Program-made: the position numbers and the translations under genes
Part shown: piece after piece, positions 10,345-20,283 of the stretch
Layout of the letters: every line of letters begins with the position of its first letter
How positions within the stretch are numbered: position 1 is the first letter of the stretch
The notes under the pieces: generated by a model
Seen by the model: the letters and a program-made list of their open reading frames with translations, nothing else
Database searches by the model: none
What the model was told of the DNA's origin: nothing
Assembly (NCBI GenBank): GCA_963786935.1
Contig: CAWBAN010000002.1
Span: forward strand, 128,001-192,000
Direction: 5' to 3'
DNA: 64,000 nt
From: an uncultured bacterium
GTDB taxonomy: Bacteria; Krumholzibacteriota; Krumholzibacteriia; Krumholzibacteriales; Krumholzibacteriaceae

Positions 10345-11117
10345 GGCATCGGAGTGTAGGCGGCGGGATCCTGCATGTAGAAGCGGGAGAGCTGGTCGTA
10401 GAGCTCCGGGTGCCCGGCCTTGAGGTCGCCCGGGAGCTCGAAGAAAGTCTCGGTTGCGACGGCGAAGAACTCGGCCGGGCTTTCGGCGCCGTACTCGTCG
10501 AGGAGCGGCCGGCGGTGGCGCTCGACGTCCTCGCAGAGCGCGTCGTACTCGGCGCCGAGCACGCGCGACCATTCCGGATACATCGATTTCTCGGGAAGCG
10601 CCGGCGCCCCGTCCGCGATCCCCGATTCGTCGTCGAGCTGATGCGCGAACTCGTGGAACACGACGTTGTACCCGTCGTACGGATCGGCGGCGCTCTCGAG
10701 AACGTCCTCCCACGAGAGAATGAGCGCGCCGGTGTCCCATGATTCCCCGTCGCGTTCCTCGAAATCCTCGATCACCACGCCTCCCGGCGCGTGCTCCTTC
10801 AGCGGGGCGACGAACGTCGTCGGATACACGAGAATAGAATGCAGGATCGGGTAAAAATCGGTCTTCCGGTGGAGGAGGAGCAGGCACGCGTGAGCGGCGA
10901 TCGTGAGCCGCATCTCGTCGGTGATCTCGAGCCCCTCGCATCCCTCGAACTTCTTCTCGGCGAGGAAGACCTGCACGAGGCCGAGGAGCTCCTCGCGGTC
11001 CGCCGGCGGGAGGAATCCGTAGTACGGCACGTTCCGCTCGACGATCGCGAGGCGCTCGGTGGGGAGGGGAGTTTTCATGAGGCGCGCGCGGCGCCGTTTC
11101 TTCGTTTCGAAGAACAT
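10341..11117 (-). CDS. mtfA: M90 family zinc metallopeptidase (MtfA-like)
   Basis: Motifs NVVFHEFAHQLD, YGAESPAEFFAVATETFFE and HPELYDQL. Confidence 0.9.
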   Translation of the reverse strand: MFFETKKRRRARLMKTPLPTERLAIVERNVPYYGFLPPADREELLGLVQVFLAEKKFEGCEGLEITDEMRLTIAAHACLLLLHRKTDFYPILHSILVYPTTFVAPLKEHAPGGVVIEDFEERDGESWDTGALILSWEDVLESAADPYDGYNVVFHEFAHQLDDESGIADGAPALPEKSMYPEWSRVLGAEYDALCEDVERHRRPLLDEYGAESPAEFFAVATETFFELPGDLKAGHPELYDQLSRFYMQDPAAYTPMP

Positions 11118-11198
11118 AGTGGCGGCATTGTAGCCCAAAGCAGTTCTTTGTGATAATATATTTTTATCCGGAGCACGCAAACGGGAGAGAGGTCCTTC

Positions 11199-12234
11199 GT
11201 GCGCGTCGCATTGTGGCTTTCATGCGTCATCCTGCCGTTTCTCGCGCCCGCCGCCGGGGCGACGACGCTCATGGTGCCCGGCGGGTACGCGACGATTCAA
11301 GCCGCCGTCGATGCAGGCCGAGAACGGCGATACGATCCTCGTCGCGCCGGGGACGTACGCCGGCGGCGTTCTCTTCGACACCAAAGGCAACGTTCACCTG
11401 ATGAGCGGCGGCGGACGGGGGGCGACGACGATCGGCGGGGACGTCGATCTCGCGAGCTCGAGCAAGATCGTCGTCGGCGGTTTCACGATCGTCGGGCAGG
11501 TGAGCATCTCCTGCAACACGGGAACCGTCCTCAGGGACTGCATCATCGCGAATCCGGACGGGAGCGGCATCGTCATCGCCGGCTGTCCCGGCGGCGCCTA
11601 TTCGGATGTCCGCGTGGAAGGCAATATCATTCGCGCCAATGCCGGGCACGGCGTGGTGGCGGAGCTGAGCGGCGGAAAGGCCGAGATCGCGCTCAACGAG
11701 ATCCGCGATAACGGCGGCTCGGGCGTTTCAATCACGCACTCGTACAGCGAGATTGCCGGCAATGTGATCCATGACAACGCCGGTAGCGGCATCGAGATCG
11801 TCGAGGGGACCTCGTCGATGCATGGAAACACGATCGCCGGGAACGCCGGCGCCGGAATCCGCGTCGCCTCGGGGGGCAAGCCGTTGACGCAGACGATCAC
11901 CGCCGATATCGCGACGCTCAACGGGACCGCTGGGATCTTCGGGGACGCGGGAGGCATATACAATATCTCCTGCTGCGACGCATGGAGCAACGGGCCGGCC
12001 GGCGATCAGAATTACGCCGGCGCGATCGCGGACCAAACGGAAGTGGCCGGCAATATATCCGCGAATCCGCTCTTCTGCGGCCCCGCCCTGAACAATTTCT
12101 CTCTCATGGAAGGATCGCCTGCGCTCGTGCAGAGCTGCGGCGCGATGGGCGCCCGGCCGGCGCCGGGTTGCGCGGCGCCCGACGCCGCCCGGAAGACGCC
12201 GTGGAGCGAACTCAAGTCCATCTACAAGAAATGA
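11199..12234 (+). CDS. Secreted right-handed parallel beta-helix (pectin lyase-like) protein; +1 frameshift near 11316
   Basis: Signal peptide and VPGGYATIQAAVDA (ORF 11199) continue as AENGDTILVAPGTY (ORF 11311). Has GNxIxxNxGxG repeats, GNISANPLFC and the C-terminal tail TPWSELKSIYKK. Confidence 0.8.
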
Positions 12235-12300
12235 GGCGCGCGGGGATCGCGCGTCGGATGAGCTGCCCGGGCTTCGTGCCCGGCGCGCTATCTTGGAACT

Positions 12301-12329
12301 TTGCCATGAAATAGCGAGTTAGCTATGTT
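12301..12329 (+). promoter_or_regulatory. Putative sigma70 promoter of the moxR operon
   Basis: TTGCCA-N17-TATGTT. Confidence 0.5.
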
Positions 12330-12381
12330 ACTATGGTGCGCGCATGCGTGCGCACTGTTAGCGGGTGACGCTGCTGGGGCC

Positions 12382-12467
12382 CCCGCGCGGGGCGCAGCGA
12401 CGGCGAGCACGCGCGGGGTGCAAGCAGCGGCAGGACCCGCGTGCGGGGGGCAGGACCCGCGTATCGG
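12382..12467. repeat. Degenerate ~28-nt tandem repeat, copy 1
   Basis: Units like GCGCGGGGYGCAAxCAGCGGCAGGACCC ending in GCGTATCGG. The same units occur at 16632..16694. Confidence 0.7.
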
Positions 12468-12482
12468 CGAAAGGGAGGATCG

Positions 12483-13466
<984 letters not shown>

Positions 13467-13475
13467 AAATCTGAA

Positions 13476-14384
13476 ATGTCGCCCAGAGAAACGAACATCG
13501 CGGAGTTCCTCAAGCCCGAAGTCGTGAGCCGTCTCGCCAACATGGACCTCCGGGCGCGGCTCATCGTCGAGGGCTTCATCGCGGGCCTCCACCGGAGCCC
13601 CTACCACGGCTTCTCGGTCGAATTCGCCGAATACCGCCAGTACAACGCGGGGGAGTCGTCGCGGAACGTCGACTGGAAGATCTACGGGAAGACGGACCGC
13701 TATTACGTGAAGGTCTTCGAGGACGAGACGAACCTGCGGGCGACGCTCCTCCTCGACCGGAGCGCGTCGATGGACTTCACCGGGGGCGCGGCGGTGACGA
13801 AGCTGCGGTACGCCACGCTGCTGGCGGCCGCGCTCGGCTACCTCATGATCATGCAGCGCGACGCCGTCGGGCTCGCCGTGTTCGACGAGACGATCAACAC
13901 GCTCGTGCCGCACCGCTCCGTGCGGCGGCACCTGCTCCACCTCCTCGCGACGCTCGAAGCGGTCGAGCCCGGCGCGAAAACGAGAATCGCCTCGCCGCTC
14001 CGCGAGATGGCCGAGCGGATCAAGCGCCGCGGGCTCGTCGTGCTCTTCTCCGATCTCTTCGACGACCCCGGCGAGGTCGTCGCGGGGCTCAAGGCGTTCC
14101 GGCACCGCGGGCACGAGGTCGTCGTGTTTCACATCCTCGACGAGAAGGAGATTTCGCTCGACTACGGCGGCGAGGTGCGGTTCGTCGACAAGGAGACGGG
14201 GGAGAAGCTCCGGACGCAGCCGTGGTTCCTCAAGAAGGAGTACCGGCGGAGCGTGCGCGAATGGATCTCGCGCCTCGAGCGCGAGTGCAAGGAAGACGCG
14301 ATCGATTACAACCTCGTGACCACCGATACCCCGTTCGATCAGGCGCTCGTGCGGTATCTCAACAAGCGGCGGCGGCTGCGATGA
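13476..14384 (+). CDS. DUF58 domain protein (MoxR partner)
   Basis: Motifs GLHRSPYHGFSVEFAEYRQY, DWKIYGKTDRYYVKVFEDETN and LLDRSASM. Confidence 0.92.
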   Translation: MSPRETNIAEFLKPEVVSRLANMDLRARLIVEGFIAGLHRSPYHGFSVEFAEYRQYNAGESSRNVDWKIYGKTDRYYVKVFEDETNLRATLLLDRSASMDFTGGAAVTKLRYATLLAAALGYLMIMQRDAVGLAVFDETINTLVPHRSVRRHLLHLLATLEAVEPGAKTRIASPLREMAERIKRRGLVVLFSDLFDDPGEVVAGLKAFRHRGHEVVVFHILDEKEISLDYGGEVRFVDKETGEKLRTQPWFLKKEYRRSVREWISRLERECKEDAIDYNLVTTDTPFDQALVRYLNKRRRLR

Positions 14385-14433
14385 ATCCGCCGGCCGGCCT
14401 CGCGGCGCACGGCGCGGGGCTGAAGGCATTGAC

Positions 14434-16545
14434 ATGAATTTCCTCAATCCGCTCTACCTGTTCGCGCTGGCCGCCGTGGCGGTCCCGATTCTCATTCACA
14501 TCTTCAGCCGGAGGCGCGTGCCCGAGGTCCCCTTCAGCACGATCCGCTTCCTCAATCCGTCCGACCGGCGCAGCATGATGCGGATCAACCTGCGCCGTAT
14601 GCTCCTTCTCATGATGAGGATCGCCGCGATCGCGCTCGTGGCGCTCGCCTTCGCGCGCCCCGTCGTGCGCGGCTCCCTCGCCGCGCTTTTCCCGGCGGGA
14701 GGCTCGCGCGCCGCGTGCGTGCTCCTCGACCGGAGCTACAGTATGGGGACGGAGGGGGACGGCGGCGCGCTTTTCGACCGCGGCATGGCGCGGCTCGCCG
14801 CGATCCTCGACAATCTCGAGAGCGGCGACGCGGTCTCGGTCGTTCTCTTCGACGCGTCGGCGGCCCTTGTCTACGACGGCGAGCTGGACCGCGAGGCGGT
14901 CCTCGAGGCGCTGCGGGACGCGCGGCCGTCGTGGGGAGGGACCGACCTCAAGAGCGCGTCGGCGTTCGGAGAGCGGATCCTCGCGCGAAGCCGGCGCGAG
15001 GCGCGGGAGCTTTACATCATTTCCGATTTTCAAAAGACGGCGCTCGGGCGTCGCGGCGCGGGATCCCGGGCGATCGATGCGGAATCGACGGGGGCGGCCG
15101 CGCCTGAATCGACGCGAACCGCGGGAGCGTCCCCGAGCGAGCGCCGGCGCGCGCTTCCGGTGCGCGCGTTTCTCCTGCCGGTGCAGGCGAACGCGGCGGC
15201 GAACGTCGCGGTCGAGAGCGTCGTCGCGCCGGGCGTGGCGCTTCACAAGGGGGAGACGGCGGAGCTCGGGATAACGCTCCGGAACCGGTCGCGCGAACTT
15301 CCCGCGAAATTCCCGCTCGAGGTCTCGATCGCGGGGCGCCGCGTGCTCGAGAAGGAGATAGAAATCCCGCCGGACAACTATTATACGGAGAAGGTCGTGT
15401 TTCCCGCCGAGCGCTCGGGATGGATCGACGGCGTCGTGAAAAAACGTCCGGACCGCCTGAGCGCCGACGACGCGAGATACTTCGCGCTGAACGTCCGCGA
15501 CAAGACGCGCGTCCTGCTCCTCGCCGACGACGGGGGTTTCTATCTCGAGCAGGCGCTCGTCCCCGGCGGAATCGAGGGGGACCTCGCCGTCGCGAAGCGC
15601 GCGTGGCGCGCCTTCACGAGCGCCGATCTGGGCGCCGCCGACGCCGTCGTGCTCGGGCCCGGGCGCGGGCCCTCGCCGGGGGACGTCGAGATCATCGGCC
15701 GTTTCGTCGAGCGCGGCGGAAAAGCGATCGTGTTTCTCGTGCCGGAGCTCGAATCGTCGGCCAAGCGGCTCAGCGGATACCCGCTCGCGATCGAATTCGC
15801 CGAGATGCCGCAGGGATTCTTCCGGCTCGCGAAGCCGGCAGCGCCGCCCGCCTTTCTCGCGCCGTTCGACGAGCGGGATCTCGAGGCGCTCGTGCGGCTG
15901 CGATTCAGGAGCGCCGCGCTCGTGCGCGGCGTCCCTCCCACGGAGGCGCGGCTCTCGTTCGAGGGGCGGGGCCCCTTCGTGTGGGAGGAGCGTCGCGGCG
16001 AGGGCACGGTCGTGTTCGCCGCGGCCGATCCGAGGCCGGAAGCGGGGGAGCTCGTGCTCTCGCCGTTCTTCCTCCCCCTCGTGCAGCAGCTCGTGCTCGC
16101 GACGGGACGCGACATGCCCGCGAGGCAGGGGAGCCTCGTCGGCGAGCCGATCGTGTGGACCGGCGAGACGGACGGCGAGGTGACGTGCCTCCTTCCGGAC
16201 GGCACGACGATCAGGCCCGCCGGCGCGCCCGGGGGCATTCTCATTCCTTCGGTCGAGACGCCGGGCATCGTCACCGTCCTCGCCGGCGGCGAGCCGCAGG
16301 GGAAGATCGCGGTGAATCCGGACTGCCGGTACGAATCGGATCTCGAGTATCTCGAGCCGCGCGCCGCGGCCGATTCTCTCGGCCTCGAGCACCGGCTCGT
16401 CGTCGAGGAGGGCCGCGCGCTCGCGCCCGCGGTGCACGCGGCGCGGAGCGGCAGGGAGATCACCGTGCCGTTGCTCCTCGCCGCGATGGCGCTGCTCGTC
16501 GCGGAGCTGTTCGTCGCCCAGCGCGAGCGGGGGGACGGCGCGTAG
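14434..16545 (+). CDS. BatA N-terminal / VWA domain membrane protein
   Basis: Starts MNFLNPLYLFAL...PILIH, then LALAFARP, VWA motifs LLDRSYSM and IISDFQ, and a C-terminal TM helix. Confidence 0.85.
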   Translation: MNFLNPLYLFALAAVAVPILIHIFSRRRVPEVPFSTIRFLNPSDRRSMMRINLRRMLLLMMRIAAIALVALAFARPVVRGSLAALFPAGGSRAACVLLDRSYSMGTEGDGGALFDRGMARLAAILDNLESGDAVSVVLFDASAALVYDGELDREAVLEALRDARPSWGGTDLKSASAFGERILARSRREARELYIISDFQKTALGRRGAGSRAIDAESTGAAAPESTRTAGASPSERRRALPVRAFLLPVQANAAANVAVESVVAPGVALHKGETAELGITLRNRSRELPAKFPLEVSIAGRRVLEKEIEIPPDNYYTEKVVFPAERSGWIDGVVKKRPDRLSADDARYFALNVRDKTRVLLLADDGGFYLEQALVPGGIEGDLAVAKRAWRAFTSADLGAADAVVLGPGRGPSPGDVEIIGRFVERGGKAIVFLVPELESSAKRLSGYPLAIEFAEMPQGFFRLAKPAAPPAFLAPFDERDLEALVRLRFRSAALVRGVPPTEARLSFEGRGPFVWEERRGEGTVVFAAADPRPEAGELVLSPFFLPLVQQLVLATGRDMPARQGSLVGEPIVWTGETDGEVTCLLPDGTTIRPAGAPGGILIPSVETPGIVTVLAGGEPQGKIAVNPDCRYESDLEYLEPRAAADSLGLEHRLVVEEGRALAPAVHAARSGREITVPLLLAAMALLVAELFVAQRERGDGA

Positions 16546-16552
16546 CGGGGGT

Positions 16553-16624
16553 GGCGCCGGACATTCTCGCTCCGAACCCAGTCGCAGGGCCTCCAATGGG
16601 TTCGTCGCGAGAATGTCCGGCGCC
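16553..16624. repeat. 72-nt long inverted repeat / hairpin
   Basis: GGCGCCGGACATTCTCGC (16553-16570) is the exact reverse complement of 16607-16624. An inner 8-bp stem CGAACCCA/TGGGTTCG follows. Confidence 0.85.
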
Positions 16625-16631
16625 GGCATCG

Positions 16632-16694
16632 GCGGGGTGCAATCGCCGACAGGACCCGCGCGGGGCGCAACCAGCGGCAGGACCCGCGTATCGG
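16632..16694. repeat. Degenerate ~28-nt tandem repeat, copy 2
   Basis: GCGGGGTGCAATCGCCGACAGGACCC GCGCGGGGCGCAACCAGCGGCAGGACCC GCGTATCGG. Confidence 0.7.
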
Positions 16695-16726
16695 GGCTCG
16701 CGGCGGCGAAGGCGCATGGATGAGGT

Positions 16727-19700
16727 ATGTGGGACGATCTGAAGCATAAGATAGAGGGCCTCGAGCCCTACCGGGCGCTGCTCAAGAAGCTCGGCCCCGA
16801 GGGGGCCAGCGTCCCCGTCGCGGGGCTCTACGGCAGCGCGCGTTCGCTCGTCGTCGCCGCGCTCGCCTCGGCTCGGCGCGCGCCCTTCATCATCATCGCG
16901 CCCGATCCCGTCCGCGCCCGCGACGTCGAGGAGGACCTCCGGATATTCGGCGTGCAGGGCGTCGTGCCCTACCCCGAGGACGAGATTCTCCCGTACGATT
17001 ACCACGATCCCGACCGGAGCCTCACCGGCCTCCAGATGGAGGCGCTCGACGCGCTCGGCTCGGGACGCTGCCGCGTGCTCGTCTGCACGCTGCGGTCCGC
17101 GCTCAAGAAGGTGTTCCCCCGCGGGCTGTTCCGCACGCTCCTCGTCGACGTTCGGGCGGGCGAGGAGCGCGATCCGCACGAGCTGGCCGAGCGCCTCGTT
17201 CGCCTCGGCTACGAGCGTCACGAGACGGTCGAGGCGAAAGGGCAGTTCGCGCTGCGCGGCGGCATTCTCGACATCTTCGAGGTGGCCGGCGAGACGCCGG
17301 TGCGCATGGAGTTCGACGGGGACGAGATCGTTTCGATGCGCGACTTCGACATCGAGACGCAGCGGTCCACCGGCTCGCGCGAAAGCGTCCGCATCCACCC
17401 GCCCGCTCACATCGCCCCGACGCCGGAGGGGATCGCGCGCCTCGTGGAGCGCATCCGCGCGGAGACGGAAGGGGCGAGCGACGAGGAGCGGGCGCGGCTC
17501 ATGCTCCCCGCGGAGCGCCTCGAGAAGGGGATCTCGTTCTTCGGCATGGAGCACTACGCGGCGGTCGTGCACGACGTCGTCCCCCTCTTCGCGCATTTCG
17601 ACGAGCCGCCCGACGTCGTGCTCGTCGACGCCGAGGACATCGAGAGCGCTCTCGCCGATTTCAGGGAGGAGATCGCCCTGCGATACGCCCGGACGCGCGG
17701 CGAGGGGAATCTCTATCCCGCGCCCGACGAGGCGTACGTGGGAGAACGGGAGCTCGCCGAATGGCTCGATCGCTCGCGGCGCGTCTCGATCCACAAGCTC
17801 GAATGGGAGGGGGCCCTGCGCTTCGGCACGTCGTCGCCGGGGGACTACCGCCGGAACCTCGCCGCCCTCGTGACCGACGTGCAGAAGGAGCTCAAGCGCG
17901 GGAACGCCGTCTATTTCTTCTGCGCGAGCACCTTCCAGCGCGAGCGCGCCGAGGAGCTCCTCGAGGATATCGCCATGGAGATCGATTTTCCGATCGGCAA
18001 TCTCTCGAGCGGCTTCCGCTGGCCCGAGATCGGCGTCTTCTTCCTGAGCGAGGAAGAGGTGTTCGGGCGCTACCACCGCCCGTATCACACGCCCCCCGCG
18101 CGGAGCAGGTCGCTCGCCTACGATCCGTCGCATTTCCAGCCGGGGGATTTCGTCGTCCACGTGAACCACGGCATCGGGCGCTACATGGGCATGCGCGTCC
18201 TCGATATCGAGTGCGGCAAGACCGAGTGCCTCGACATGCGCTACGGCGGCGACGACCACCTCTTCATCCCGATCGGGCAGCTCCGCCTCGTCGAGAAGTA
18301 CGTCGCGGCGGAGGACGCGACGCCGCAGCTCGACCGCCTCGGGAGCGCCTCGTGGACGCGGACCCGCGAGCGCGCCCGCAAGAGCGCCGAGAAGATCGCG
18401 CGCGATCTCCTCGAGGTGTACGCGGCGCGCCAGCTCGCCAAGGGCTTCTCCTTCCCCGCGGACAAGCCGTGGCAGCAGGAGATGGAAGCCTCCTTCCCCT
18501 TCGAGGAAACGAACCACCAGCTCCGGGCGACCGCGGAGGTCAAAGGGGACATGGAGTCGCCCCGCCCGATGGACCGGCTCCTCTGCGGCGACGTGGGATT
18601 CGGCAAGACGGAGGTCGCCGTGCGCGCGGCCTTCAAGGCGGCGCTCTCGGGCAAGCAGGTGGCGATCCTCGTCCCGACCACCGTGCTCGCGATGCAGCAT
18701 ACGACCACGGTGAGCGAGCGCCTCGCGGGCTATCCGGTGACCGTCTCGACGCTGAGCCGCTTCGTCTCGAACGCGAAGCAGAAGGAGGCGGTCGAGGCGG
18801 TGAAGGAGGGGAAGGTCGACATCGTCGTCGGCACGCACCGGCTGCTCTCGAAGGACGTCCAGTTCAAGGACCTCGGGCTCGTCATCATCGACGAGGAGCA
18901 CCGGTTCGGGGTGCGGCACAAGGAGAAGTTCAAGAAATTGAAGAAATCGGTCGACGTGCTCACGCATGACCGCGACGCCGATCCCGCGCACCCTCTCGAT
19001 GGCGATCTCGGGGATCCGCGATATCTCGGTGATCGACACGCCGCCGCGCAACCGTCGTCCCATTCAGACCGAGATTGTCGCCGTTCGACGACGAGAGCTA
19101 TCCGCGACGCCTGCATGCGCGAGATCGACCGCGGCGGGCAGGTATTCTTCGTGCACAACCGCGTGCAGTCGATCGCGGTGATGGAGGGCTACCTGCGCCG
19201 CCTCCTGCCGGACCGCGTGCGGATCGCGCACGCGCACGGCCAGATGCCCGAGCGCGAGCTCGAGCGGCTCATGATCGACTTCCTCGAGCGCAAGTTCGAC
19301 GTGCTCGTCTGCACGATGATCATCGAAGTCGGGGCTCGATTTCCCGAACGTGAACACGATCGTCATCAACCGCGCCGACCGCTTCGGGCTCGCCCAGATC
19401 TACCAGCTCCGCGGGCGCGTCGGACGGTCGGACCGCAAGGCGTACGCCTATCTCCTCGTCCCGCGCGGCCGCGCGCTCACCCCGACGGCCGTCAAGCGGC
19501 TCCAGGCGATCAGCGAGTTCGACTACCTCGGCGCCGGCTACCGGATCGCGATGCGCGATCTCGAGATCCGCGGGGCCGGCAACCTCCTCGGCGTCGAGCA
19601 GTCGGGGAACATCGCCGCGGTCGGCCTCGATCTCTACACGCGCATGCTCAAGGAGGAGGTCGCGCGCCTCAAGGGGGAGCCGGTCGCGACGGAGCGCGAG

Positions 19701-20156
19701 GTGCGCATCTCGGTCCCCCTGCCGGCCTATCTCCCCTCCGAATACGTCACCGATTCGGAGGAGCGGATGGACATCTACCGGCGGCTCTCGCGGATCGAGA
19801 CCGCCGCCCAGGCCGCCGAGATGGAGGCGGAGCTCCGCGACCGCTTCGGCCCGCTCCCCGAGAGCGCCGCCAACATGCTCAAGATCGTCGAGCTCAAGGC
19901 GCGCGCCGCCGCGGCGGGCGTCGACCGGATCGAAATCGACCGCTCGCTCGCCCTCAGGGCGGGTTTCGCGAGCGACCGGCTCCCGGACAAGAGGCGGATC
20001 GCCGCGATCGTGGATCTCTTTCCGGGGCGGCTGATATTCCACACCAAGGAGGGCTTCGGGCTGACCGTGAAGGGGGCGCGGTCCGCCGGGGGCGCCTCCG
20101 ATCCCCTCCGAGACCTCGAAAATCTGTTGAAATCGCTGGAATTTTCTGATAAATAG
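16727..20156 (+). CDS. mfd: Transcription-repair coupling factor, with four apparent single-base insertions (~18965, 19080, 19099, 19328)
   Basis: UvrB-like N-terminus, RID ([12 protein letters not shown]), [19 protein letters not shown], then TATPIPRTL in a shifted frame, [22 protein letters not shown] and a TRCF C-terminal domain. Confidence 0.95.
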
Positions 20157-20194
20157 AGTAGTTTAACCAGTATGGGCGACCCCGCGGGGGCATG

Positions 20195-20215
20195 CCCGGA
20201 AGCCGGGATTTTTTT
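20195..20215 (+). terminator. Intrinsic terminator after mfd
   Basis: CCCGG-AAG-CCGGG followed by ATTTTTTT. Confidence 0.55.
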
Positions 20216-20283
20216 CGTTTGAGGCTCCCTCGGGGAGCCTTCGGTATCGAATGTCGAACGGTGTTGTGAGAAAGGAGCCCGCT

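Noticed and set aside
596..10941. Very long antisense and alternate-frame ORFs (596..3025 -, 2986..5508 -, 8044..10941 -, and similar ones throughout the window)
   Set aside because: They are shadow ORFs of high-GC coding sequence: R/A/G/P-rich, without recognisable motifs, and overlapping well-supported genes.
11305..11325. Programmed frameshift in the beta-helix gene
   Set aside because: It is a single extra G in GCAGGCC with no slippery sequence, so probably a sequencing insertion.
16727..20156. mfd as a true pseudogene or programmed frameshift
   Set aside because: Four clustered non-slippery single-base insertions with otherwise intact motifs fit local sequencing error better.
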